The translations under genes and the position numbers were made by a program. A model generated the notes under the pieces. It saw only the letters and a list, made by a program, of their open reading frames with translations, was not told the origin of the DNA and did no database searches. 64,000 nt of DNA from Alphaproteobacteria bacterium (GTDB taxonomy: Bacteria; Pseudomonadota; Alphaproteobacteria; UBA828), in NCBI GenBank assembly GCA_965220745.1, contig CBDCQT010000011.1, forward strand, positions 128,001 to 192,000. Direction: 5' to 3'. Below are positions 9,725 through 21,544 of this stretch, in pieces (within the stretch, counting starts at the first letter, position 1; each line of letters starts with the position of its first letter).

Positions 9725-10222
9725 ATGGCGACGAGAAAGCAGGGCAACCGGGGGAGCGCACAGACGCGTTCCCGCAAGAGTTCGGGCAAGGCTCGGCCGC
9801 CCGCCGCCAGGCGATCCTCTCGCGCCGGACCGACCCCGGCGTCGTCCGGCGCCGCGCCGGCGACCTTTTATGTCTGCCGCTCCTGCGTGTGGTCTGAATC
9901 CGCGCGTGAGCGCGACGGCAAGCGCCAAGGCACCTTCCTGCTGGAGGCGGTGCGCGAACTCATCGAGGCCTCCCCCCTGCCGGAGGCGCTAAACTTGCGC
10001 GCCGTCTATTGCCTGAACGGCTGCAAGAGCCCGTGCAATGTGGGCTTCCGCTCGGCCGGCAAGCACCACGTGCGCTTCAGCCATTTGACGCCGGAGAATG
10101 CGGCGGATGTCATCGCCTACGCGCGTGCCTACCAGACGAACGCGACCGGCGAAGTCTCCGAGGACGAGACGCCGACGGCAATGCGCGGCAAGATGACGGT
10201 GCACACCCCGCCGATCGGCTAG
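9725..10222 (+). CDS. DUF1636 family metal-binding (thioredoxin-like ferredoxin fold) protein
   Basis: VCRSC ... CLNGCKSPC pattern; basic N-terminal extension. Confidence 0.7.
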   Translation: MATRKQGNRGSAQTRSRKSSGKARPPAARRSSRAGPTPASSGAAPATFYVCRSCVWSESARERDGKRQGTFLLEAVRELIEASPLPEALNLRAVYCLNGCKSPCNVGFRSAGKHHVRFSHLTPENAADVIAYARAYQTNATGEVSEDETPTAMRGKMTVHTPPIG

Positions 10223-10231
10223 CGGCGCCTT

Positions 10232-10813
10232 TTAGTTGGGCCGGGTAGCCGCTTCGCCGGCATCGATCTCCTGCTCCTCCAGTGAGGCACCAGCATAGCG
10301 CCGGTTGGCCTCGCCCAAGGCACTGCGGAGCGCCGCTACGAGGCTCGCCCGCTCCTCCGGCGCCAGGAATGGGCCGATCACGAGCGAGCGGCCGTGCGAG
10401 GTGAGCGTGATCTGGCTGTGGTGCTCCACCGGCTCGTCGAGGGCGACACGGAGCCAGTAGGGGTTGAAGCGCCATTCCGTCGTGCGGCCGTTGGGCGCGA
10501 TGCGCCGGATCACGACCTCGTCGGCCGTCACGCGGATGGTCTCCCGCAGGCGGCCCGAGCGATAGCTCAGCCGGAATGCGAGATAAAGCAGCGCGATGTC
10601 GAGGCCGAAGAAGCCGAGCACCGGCCACGCTCCCTGAAGCAGGAAGAAGACGCCGAGCCCGACACTGATGACGATGACGCCGGCCATGACCGCGATGAAA
10701 CCAGCGCGCCCCAGCGAACGATTGGGTGCGAGCTCCGCATCGAATATGACCGTTGCGCCGGTTGCCTCTCCGCCGGCTGATTCGACGAATGGGGGCGACG
10801 GGGATTGGCTCAT
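10232..10813 (-). CDS. DUF2244 membrane protein
   Basis: LAPNRSL, two TM helices, GAWPVLGFFGLD, IGPFLAPEER. Confidence 0.85.
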   Translation of the reverse strand: MSQSPSPPFVESAGGEATGATVIFDAELAPNRSLGRAGFIAVMAGVIVISVGLGVFFLLQGAWPVLGFFGLDIALLYLAFRLSYRSGRLRETIRVTADEVVIRRIAPNGRTTEWRFNPYWLRVALDEPVEHHSQITLTSHGRSLVIGPFLAPEERASLVAALRSALGEANRRYAGASLEEQEIDAGEAATRPN

Positions 10814-10983
10814 GAGGCCAGCGTAACGGCTCCAGCGCGCGCTGGTAAAGTACGACCGCCAGTTTTCTCGACGCGAGGGCGATTATCAGGCCGCAAAGCC
10901 CCCTTTTTGGGGTGAGGCCGCTTGACACAATTGGGCGAATCGCCGTCAACTCGGCAGCGATCTATTGGAGCCAGGAGGAGGCT

Positions 10984-11313
10984 ATGCTCAAAAAATCGTG
11001 GGCGGTGCGGATTGCAGTTGTCGCTCTTCCGTTGGCCGTCGCTGCGGGGTGCCAGTCCGCCGCCGAGCAGGAACAGGCGGCCGCTGCCATAGCTGGCGCC
11101 GAGGCGATGGCTACGGAAGCCATGCAAACCGCCAACCAGGCCCTAGTCGCGGTTGATGAGCTGCGCGCCGCCGTGGACGCGGCCAACCAGAGCGCGGCGG
11201 CAGCGGCAGCGGCGGCCGAGGCCGCGGCCGGCTCGGCCGAGGCAGCGGCCGAGGCAGCGCAGGCGGCTGCGGACAAGGCCGACCGCATTTTCCAGAAGGG
11301 GATGCGCAAGTAG
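10984..11313 (+). CDS. Lpp/OprI-family alanine-zipper outer-membrane lipoprotein
   Basis: SD GGAGGAGG; signal peptide II with lipobox VAAG-C; Ala-rich coiled coil; C-terminus ADRIFQKGMRK resembles OprI and ends in Lys. Confidence 0.8.
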   Translation: MLKKSWAVRIAVVALPLAVAAGCQSAAEQEQAAAAIAGAEAMATEAMQTANQALVAVDELRAAVDAANQSAAAAAAAAEAAAGSAEAAAEAAQAAADKADRIFQKGMRK

Positions 11314-11319
11314 AGCCGG

Positions 11320-11343
11320 CAGGCGGCTCTCTCACGCCGCCTG
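11320..11343. terminator. hairpin between convergent lipoprotein and L,D-transpeptidase genes
   Basis: CAGGCGGC-N8-GCCGCCTG perfect 8-bp stem; no U-tract. Confidence 0.4.
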
Positions 11344-11350
11344 GCCCTGG

Positions 11351-12340
11351 CTAACTGGGAGTTGCGGAGCGGTCCACGGTGACTTGGACAGGGACGCCGG
11401 ACCGTTCTTCGAAAGCCTTGCGAATGAGGTGCCAGTCCAGACGGTCCTGGGCGGCACCGGCTAGAGTCTTGATCCGGAAGAGAGCGTCGGCGCGGGAGCG
11501 CGCGTCGACGCTCTCTATTTGCCCGGTCCATTCCAGTTCGTCCGCCTGTTCGGCCTCGGGGTGTGCCTCCACATAGAGCTCACCGCCGTACCAGCCGATC
11601 TTGATCGCCTGACTGATGACCTGCACCGGCGTGCCGACCGGCACGAGCTCGAACAGCCGCGCGATATCCTCGGGATAGAGGCGGATGCATCCGTGGCTCA
11701 CCCGACGCCCGACGCCCCACGGCATGTTCGTGCCGTGGATGAGATAGCTTGGCCAATCGAAATAGAGCGCATGGCTGCCGAGCGGATTGTGCGGGCCCGG
11801 TGGAACCGCCTTGGGCAGATGCGGCTTCTCGGCACGGATCGATTCCGGCGGGAACCAGATCGGCCTTTCCTTCTTGCGCACGATTTCGGTGCTGCCGAGG
11901 GGCGTGGCCCACCCCTCCTTGCCCACGCCGAGCGGGAAGGTCTGAGGTACGGTGCCGTCCGGCCCGAAGTAATAGAGGCGATGCTCCGCCAGGTTGACGA
12001 CGAGGCCCCGCCGCTCGGCATCGGGCAGGACGTGCGCGGTCGGCAGAACGATCGGCGTGTTCTCGCCGGGAACCCAGGGGTCGATGCCCTGGTTGGCCGC
12101 GATCATCTCGACATAACCGAGGCCGTTGGCGCGCGCGAGGTCGAGCAATGTGTCTTCGTAGGCGGCGACGACATGGCGCAGCGCGCCGATCATGTCGCTT
12201 GACCGGCGCTCGCCCTCGGTCTCGAGCGCCGCAGCACCGCCGGCTGGAGGCTCCGGCTCTTCGGCCCCGCTGGCCGCCGCCCACGTCAGTGCCGCCACCA
12301 TGACAGTTACGATGGAGAGAGTGGTCTGTCGCCGCTTCAT
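11351..12340 (-). CDS. L,D-transpeptidase, ErfK/YbiS/YcfS/YnhG type (LysM-like, YkuD, C-terminal domain)
   Basis: Signal peptide; DTLLDLAR..GLG..AAN.GIDPW.P; NLAEHRLYYF; catalytic HGT...SHGCIRL. Confidence 0.92.
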   Translation of the reverse strand: MKRRQTTLSIVTVMVAALTWAAASGAEEPEPPAGGAAALETEGERRSSDMIGALRHVVAAYEDTLLDLARANGLGYVEMIAANQGIDPWVPGENTPIVLPTAHVLPDAERRGLVVNLAEHRLYYFGPDGTVPQTFPLGVGKEGWATPLGSTEIVRKKERPIWFPPESIRAEKPHLPKAVPPGPHNPLGSHALYFDWPSYLIHGTNMPWGVGRRVSHGCIRLYPEDIARLFELVPVGTPVQVISQAIKIGWYGGELYVEAHPEAEQADELEWTGQIESVDARSRADALFRIKTLAGAAQDRLDWHLIRKAFEERSGVPVQVTVDRSATPS

Positions 12341-12352
12341 CGAATTCCGCGC

Positions 12353-13222
12353 CTAAGCGGGGCCGCCGCTTTCCACCGGCGCGTCCGCACGACTCCCCCA
12401 ATCGCTCCAGGAACCGTCGTAGACGGCGACCTCTTCGGCACCGATTGCGGCGAGCGCGAGCGCCAACGTGCACGCGGTGATGCCCGACCCGCAGGTGGCG
12501 ATGACCGGCCGGGAGAGATCGACGCCGGCGTCGGCGAACGCGCGGCGAATGGCGGCAGTGTCGGTCAGCGCCCCGTCGTCATCATCGAGAACAGCGTTGA
12601 AGGGGACGTTGCGGCTGCCGGGAATATGGCCACGCGGGAGGTCGGGCCGTGGCCCCGGATCCTCGCCTGTGAAGCGCGCGGCGGCGCGTGCATCCACGAT
12701 CTGCGCGCTGCCTGTGCCAAGCGTGGCGCGGACCTGTTCGAACGAGCGGACCAGCGCGTCGTCGCGGCCCTGCGCCGTGAACGATCCCGGCGCGATCGTA
12801 GGCTCGCCGCTCTCAACCGGATGGCCTTCCGCCTGCCAGCGCGGCAGGCCGCCGGCAAGGATCGAAATCCGCTCATGCCCAAACACGCGGAACATCCACC
12901 ACACGCGCGCCGCGCTGTAGAGGCCCACGGTGTCGTAGACCACGACGTGCGAATCGTTGCTGACGCCCAGCGCTGAGACGCTGCGCCCGAAGAGTGCGGG
13001 CGACGGCAGCATGTGGGGCAGTGACGAGTCCGGGTCGCAGATCCCGTCGATGTCGAAGAAGGCAGCGCCCGGAATGTGCGCCTCCAGGAACTCGGCGGCC
13101 GGGTCGCGTCCCAGCGACGGCAGGTGCCAGGAGCCGTCAAGCACGCGCACCGCGCTGTCCTGTCCGCCCTCTGCGGCAAGCCAGCTCGATGTCACGACCA
13201 GCGGCGTCTCGTCTCCGCTCAT
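12353..13222 (-). CDS. sseA: 3-mercaptopyruvate sulfurtransferase
   Basis: HIPGAAFFD, AARVWW, CGSGITAC active-site loop, YDGSWSDW. Confidence 0.92.
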   Translation of the reverse strand: MSGDETPLVVTSSWLAAEGGQDSAVRVLDGSWHLPSLGRDPAAEFLEAHIPGAAFFDIDGICDPDSSLPHMLPSPALFGRSVSALGVSNDSHVVVYDTVGLYSAARVWWMFRVFGHERISILAGGLPRWQAEGHPVESGEPTIAPGSFTAQGRDDALVRSFEQVRATLGTGSAQIVDARAAARFTGEDPGPRPDLPRGHIPGSRNVPFNAVLDDDDGALTDTAAIRRAFADAGVDLSRPVIATCGSGITACTLALALAAIGAEEVAVYDGSWSDWGSRADAPVESGGPA

Positions 13223-13947
13223 GACGGGTCTCTAAAGGCGAGCGTGACGCGCCGGTTGTGCCGGCCTTTGTTCTCGATCTTGCGGACGATGACCAGTCCG
13301 ATCTCGCCTGTGCGCGCGACATGGGTGCCACCGCAGGGCTGCAGGTCGATCCCTTCGACATTGATGACTCTGACCCGACCCTGGCCCGACGGGGGCTTTA
13401 CCCGCATGGTCTTCACCAGTTCCGGCTGCGCTGCGAGTGCCTCGTCGCTCATCCAACGAGCCGCGACCGGAAGGTCCTGCGCAATGAGCACATTAAGTTC
13501 GTCCTGGACCGCCGACTTCTCCAGCTTGGTATCGACATCGAAGTCGAGGCGCCCTTTCTCCGCCGAGAGTTGCCCGCCGGTCACCGGCGCGTCGATCACG
13601 GCGCTCAGCAAATGCAGGCAGGTATGCATGCGCATGTGGCGATAGCGGCGTTCCCAGTCAAGCTCGGCCACGACGCGGCTTCCCGGTGCCGGCGGTGGCG
13701 TGTCGGGGTCGATCAGATGGAGGATGTCGTCGGCGCCCTCGCCCTTGCGGGTGTCGCGCACCGCGATCTCGGTGCCGTCGTCCGTGCGCAGGATCCCGGT
13801 ATCGCCTGGCTGACCGCCGCCCACGGGGTAGAACACCGTGCGGTCGAGCCGCACCGCTTCGCCGTCAACTGCGCTGACTCGTGCCTCGCAGGTGCGGGTG
13901 TAGGGCTCGGTGCGAAACAGCAGTTCAGTCGGCGGCATCGGGAGCAT
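13219..13947 (-). CDS. alaX: alanyl-tRNA editing protein (AlaX-M)
   Basis: FYPVGGGQPGD, MRMHTCLH (HxxxH), CGGTH; alternative start at 13938. Confidence 0.9.
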   Translation of the reverse strand: MLPMPPTELLFRTEPYTRTCEARVSAVDGEAVRLDRTVFYPVGGGQPGDTGILRTDDGTEIAVRDTRKGEGADDILHLIDPDTPPPAPGSRVVAELDWERRYRHMRMHTCLHLLSAVIDAPVTGGQLSAEKGRLDFDVDTKLEKSAVQDELNVLIAQDLPVAARWMSDEALAAQPELVKTMRVKPPSGQGRVRVINVEGIDLQPCGGTHVARTGEIGLVIVRKIENKGRHNRRVTLAFRDPS

Positions 13948-14947
13948 CGTCGAGCCAGGGTGGCACCGGTAGGTCGCGCTCGCGCAGGAACGCGGCGTTG
14001 AAGAGCTTGCTGAAATAGCGGGTGCCGTAGTCGCAGAGCACGGTGACGATGGTGTGGCCGGGGCCCATCTCCCTTGCCAGCCGGATCGCGCCAGCCACGT
14101 TGATCCCGGTCGAGCCGCCCATGATGTGGCCTTCGTTCTGCGCCAGATCGAAGATCACCGGCAATGCCTCTGCATCCGGAATCTGGAATGGGACGTCGAT
14201 CGGCGCGCCTTCGAGGTTGTCGGTGATCCGACCCTGGCCGATGCCTTCCGTAATCGAGCTGCCCTCCGCCTTGAGCTCGCCGTGGGCGTAGTGGTTGAAG
14301 AGCGCGGCGCCCATGGGGTCCGCGAGGCCGATCGTCACCGAGGGCTTGCGCTCCTTGAGCGCCATGCCGACCCCGGCGAGCGTACCGCCGGTGCCGACAG
14401 CGCAGATGAAGCCATCGATCTTGCCCCCGGTCTGCTCCCAAATCTCGGGCCCGGTAGTTTCGACATGGGCCTGGCGGTTGGCCACGTTGTCGAACTGGTT
14501 GGCCCAGACCGCGCCGTTCGGCTCCGTCGCGGCGAGCTCATCGGCAAGGCGCCCGGAATACTTCACGTAGTTGTTGGGATCGCGGTAGGGGACCGCCGGC
14601 ACCTGGATCAGCTCCGCGCCGCAGAGCCGCAGCATGTCTTTCTTCTCCTGGCTCTGGGTCTCCGGAATCACGATTACCGAGCGGTAGCCGAGCGCGTTCC
14701 CCACGAGCGCAAGCCCGATGCCGGTGTTGCCGGCGGTGCCTTCGACGATGGTCCCGCCGGGCTTGAGCACGCCCCGCCGCTCGGCGTCGCGCACGATGAA
14801 GAGCGCGGCGCGGTCCTTGACCGAGCCGCCGGGGTTCAGAAACTCGCACTTGCCGAGGATCTCGCAGCCGGTGGCCTCGGAGGGGCCGTGCAGGCGGATC
14901 AGCGGCGTGTTTCCGATCAGTTCAACGAAACTCGGTACGGCTGTCAT
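13925..14947 (-). CDS. cysK: cysteine synthase family PLP enzyme
   Basis: IGNTPL, NPGGSVKDR (PLP Lys), GTAGNTG, GTGGT, EGIG. Confidence 0.9.
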   Translation of the reverse strand: MTAVPSFVELIGNTPLIRLHGPSEATGCEILGKCEFLNPGGSVKDRAALFIVRDAERRGVLKPGGTIVEGTAGNTGIGLALVGNALGYRSVIVIPETQSQEKKDMLRLCGAELIQVPAVPYRDPNNYVKYSGRLADELAATEPNGAVWANQFDNVANRQAHVETTGPEIWEQTGGKIDGFICAVGTGGTLAGVGMALKERKPSVTIGLADPMGAALFNHYAHGELKAEGSSITEGIGQGRITDNLEGAPIDVPFQIPDAEALPVIFDLAQNEGHIMGGSTGINVAGAIRLAREMGPGHTIVTVLCDYGTRYFSKLFNAAFLRERDLPVPPWLDDAPDAAD

Positions 14948-15121
14948 GGCACCCCACGCCCCCGAAGAAAGCGGCGCACCCTAGCCCGGATTTCTTACCG
15001 ATGTCACGGCCTGCGACTGCGGCCCGGATCAAGTTACCTGCCGGGGTAGCCTTGTCCGCCACGGGGTGCGCGGCTACAGTCTCGCTTGATCCGACCCTTA
15101 CGACTGTCGAGGCAGCCCACC

Positions 15122-15361
15122 ATGAGCGAACCCGTCGTCGCCCAGGCGGAACCCTATGAAACCGAGCTTGTTGCCGGGGAGAAGTACTTCTGGTGCGCGT
15201 GCGGCCTGAGCGCCACCCAACCCTTCTGCGACGGCTCGCACAAGGTGACCGACATCCGCCCGATCGTCTTCACCGCCGAAGAGAGCGAGACCGCGTGGCT
15301 CTGCGGCTGCAAGCAGACCGGGAGCAAACCGCACTGCGACGGCACCCACAACACGCTCTGA
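15122..15361 (+). CDS. tandem CDGSH iron-sulfur domain protein (MiNT-like)
   Basis: WCACGLSATQPFCDGSH and LCGCKQTGSKPHCDGTH. Confidence 0.92.
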   Translation: MSEPVVAQAEPYETELVAGEKYFWCACGLSATQPFCDGSHKVTDIRPIVFTAEESETAWLCGCKQTGSKPHCDGTHNTL

Positions 15362-15387
15362 AAACACGCCCGCACGCTGGACAGGCC

Positions 15388-15954
15388 GTGGGTGGCGGCA
15401 CGCGATATTGGCGCCGCGCGCCTGAGCGGGCGGGCGGGGTGCTCCTCGCTACAGCCTTGGTGGTCGCGCTCACCGGCTGCAATCCGTTCGCTGACCCGCC
15501 GCCCTGCCCCAGAGTCAGCATTCTGAAGGAAGCGCGCCTACTCACCCTCTACGGCGACGGGCCGGGGCGCAAAGCGGCCGACGTGGCCTTCGAGTTGGAG
15601 CTTCGCAACGTTGTCTCGGACTGCGACTATGATCTCGACGACAGTGGCGGCGGCGTGGAGGTCACATTCGCGCTGCCGATCCACGCAGCGCGCGGGCCCG
15701 CGGCAGAAAGCGACCGATTGAGCGTGCCCTTCTTCGTCGCGCTTACCGACCCGAGCCGGCAAATCGTCGCCAAAGAGGTCTTCACGGCGGAGATCGCCTT
15801 CGAGGCCGACAGCGCGAGCGCGCGAACGGTGGAGGAGATCGAGCAGTGGATCCCCCTCGGGCCGGGGGCGTACGGGGCAGGCTACGAGACGCTGGTCGGC
15901 TTCCAGCTCACTGCCGTACAGCTCGAGGAGTCTCAACGACCCAAAACACAGTGA
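15388..15954 (+). CDS. hypothetical lipoprotein
   Basis: Hydrophobic stretch with lipobox LTG-C, then PPPCPRVSI; start position uncertain. Confidence 0.6.
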   Translation: MGGGTRYWRRAPERAGGVLLATALVVALTGCNPFADPPPCPRVSILKEARLLTLYGDGPGRKAADVAFELELRNVVSDCDYDLDDSGGGVEVTFALPIHAARGPAAESDRLSVPFFVALTDPSRQIVAKEVFTAEIAFEADSASARTVEEIEQWIPLGPGAYGAGYETLVGFQLTAVQLEESQRPKTQ

Positions 15955-16081
15955 AGTGTGCGCCGCGCGTTCGAGACGGTTTCGGATCGCAGCGCCGCGC
16001 TGAACCGCGGCGACTGCCTTGTCACACCAGCCGGTGCTTCCTACCATGCGCACACTCGCCCGGCGGAGAGGAGCCCACGCC

Positions 16082-16522
16082 ATGACCAAGGCCCAGACTG
16101 CTGCGGCTGCAAGCCCGGCCGCCCCAGAGTCGCCGTTCACCCTTGTCAGGAGGGATGACCCCTCCTTCGTGCCGGGACGGCGCGACTTCATGACGTACCG
16201 CGACCTCGGCGTCACGGCGGCGAGCGACGGACGTATCCGCGCGCAGATCACTTCCGCCAAGGTGGGGCTCACGCGGCCGACCGGCTGGCACACGCACATC
16301 TGCGAGGGGCAGATCGTCTACATGCTGAGCGGCTGGATCGATCTCGCCTTCGAGCACGAGACCATCCGCATCGAGGAAGGAGATTCGCTCTACATTCCAG
16401 GCGACACGCCGCACAACGAGGTTGCGACCTCTGACACGTTCGACCTGATCGAAATCTCCGTGCCCGCGGACATGGGCACCGAGCCCTGCGATCCACCGCC
16501 GGGATGGCGCGGGGACGACTAA
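16082..16522 (+). CDS. cupin domain protein
   Basis: YRDLG, GWHTH...Y.LSGW, GDSLYIP..TPHNE. Confidence 0.85.
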   Translation: MTKAQTAAAASPAAPESPFTLVRRDDPSFVPGRRDFMTYRDLGVTAASDGRIRAQITSAKVGLTRPTGWHTHICEGQIVYMLSGWIDLAFEHETIRIEEGDSLYIPGDTPHNEVATSDTFDLIEISVPADMGTEPCDPPPGWRGDD

Positions 16523-16541
16523 GTCACGCCAAGTCCGTCGC

Positions 16542-18188
<1,647 letters not shown>

Positions 18189-18285
18189 GACCTGTGGCCG
18201 CTTGCCTGCGTGTGCGGAGTTTAGCGCGGATCGGCAGGGCTTCGCACCCGGCTATCCGTGGTGCGGGGTCGAGGGCGGGCGCCGC

Positions 18286-19903
<1,618 letters not shown>

Positions 19904-19911
<8 letters not shown>

Positions 19912-20815
19912 CGTCCAGCATCAGCGCCGCTGCGCCCACCATGCCCGCATCGTTACCGAGCGCCGCCTTGACCACGCGGATCGCACCGGCGGGTGCGAGC
20001 ACCGCCCGCGCGATGGCATGATCGGCGGCCTCGCGATAGAGCGTGAAGTGCCGTTCGCCCATGCCGCCGCCGATGAGGATTACCTCGGGCAGGAAGCTGT
20101 GGATGAGGCTCCAGACCGCCGTCTCCATCGCGTCCGCACTGCGGCTGACGATGGCTTGCGCGGGTGCCGCGCCAGCCTCGGCGGCGTTGAAGACGGCTTC
20201 GGCATCTGCATAGCCGAACTCGGCGCCTGCGCGCGCGAGCGCCGGCCCGGCGGCAAAGGATTCGAGGCAGCCTCGGCTGCCGCAGTAACACGCCGGCCCG
20301 GTCGGGTCGACGATCAGATGGCCGATCTCGGGATGCTCGCGCGCGGCGCCCCGCAGGATCGCGCCGTCGATCAGCACCGCGCCGCCAATGCCGGTGCCGA
20401 TGGTCAGCATCAGCGCGACTCGGGCGCCACGAGCCGCGCCGGCCAACGCTTCGCCCAGCAGTGCGGCGTCCGCGTCGTTGATGAGCCGCACCGACGCGCC
20501 GAAGCGGTCGGCAAGCGGGGTCACGATGTCGCTCCCCTCCCAGCCGGGAAGAGTGTAGAAATTCTCGATCCGCCCGCTCGCCTCGTCGAAGGGGCCTGGG
20601 CAGCCCAGGCCGATTCCCGCTAGCGTGGCTACATCGATGCTCGCTTCGGCCAGGGTCTCGTCGATGGCCCGGGTGAGCCGCTCAAGCCCCGCATCGAAGC
20701 CCGCTTCGGCGTCGGTCGCAACGGTCCGCCGCGCGTGTACCTCACCGGCCGCATCGACCGCGCCGACCGCGATCTTGGTGCCGCCGATGTCGACGCCCAG
20801 CGCGAAGCGGCTCAT
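19904..20815 (-). CDS. ROK family sugar kinase
   Basis: GVDIGGTK, NDADAA, TIGTGIGG, EIGH..CYCGSRGCLE; no N-terminal HTH. Confidence 0.92.
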
Positions 20816-21540
20816 GGTTCGGTGTCGTCGCGCGCGATGTCGGCCGCGGCGTCCCGGTCACAGAGGCAGACGGCGTCTCCGTGCAGCCACAGGAAGGACG
20901 CGGGCAGGGCCGGCGTGACGCGACGGGCCGCAAGCTGCGCGAGCGGTGCCCGCTTGGCGGCGCCTGAGACCATGAGCAGGATGCGGCGCGCGCGCAGTAT
21001 ATCGCCCAGGCCGAGGGTCAGGCCTTGGCTCACCGGGGCGGCGGCCTCGGCCAGCATCGGGTGGCCGCGCGAGCGCTCGGCAAGCGTGGCGACGTGGCAG
21101 AAGGGATCGAAGCTTTCCGCAGGCTCGTTCAGCGCCAGATGCCCGTTCAGCCCGAGCCCGAGGATGCAGAGGTCAATGGGCCCGGCCGTCTCCAGCGCCA
21201 CTGCCACCCGCCGGCACTCGGCGGCCGCGTCCTCCGCGTCGCCACGAAATCCGATCCAGCGCTCCGGCGGCACGGCGAGCGGACCAAGCATCGTGCGCTG
21301 CAAGTAGGCGGCGCAGCTCGCCGGATCGTCGGGGCTGATGCCCGCCCACTCGTCGAGCTGGATGTAGCGCGCACTCGCGAGCCGCTCCGGCGCGCCGGTC
21401 AGCAGCGCATACATGCCGGTCGGCGTTCCCCCGCTGGCGAGGCAGATCAGCAGGTCGGGCTTGACGCGGGCCGCCTCCCATATGACGTCCGCCGCCGCCC
21501 GATCGAGCGCCTCCCGGTCCGGGAGGACGGTGATGCGCAC
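20812..21540 (-). CDS. NagB/AgaI-like (glucosamine/galactosamine-6-phosphate isomerase) family protein
   Basis: LASGGTP, QLDEW, LGLGLNGHLALNEP, PASFL. Confidence 0.85.
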   Translation of the reverse strand: MRITVLPDREALDRAAADVIWEAARVKPDLLICLASGGTPTGMYALLTGAPERLASARYIQLDEWAGISPDDPASCAAYLQRTMLGPLAVPPERWIGFRGDAEDAAAECRRVAVALETAGPIDLCILGLGLNGHLALNEPAESFDPFCHVATLAERSRGHPMLAEAAAPVSQGLTLGLGDILRARRILLMVSGAAKRAPLAQLAARRVTPALPASFLWLHGDAVCLCDRDAAADIARDDTEP

Positions 21541-21544
21541 CGCC

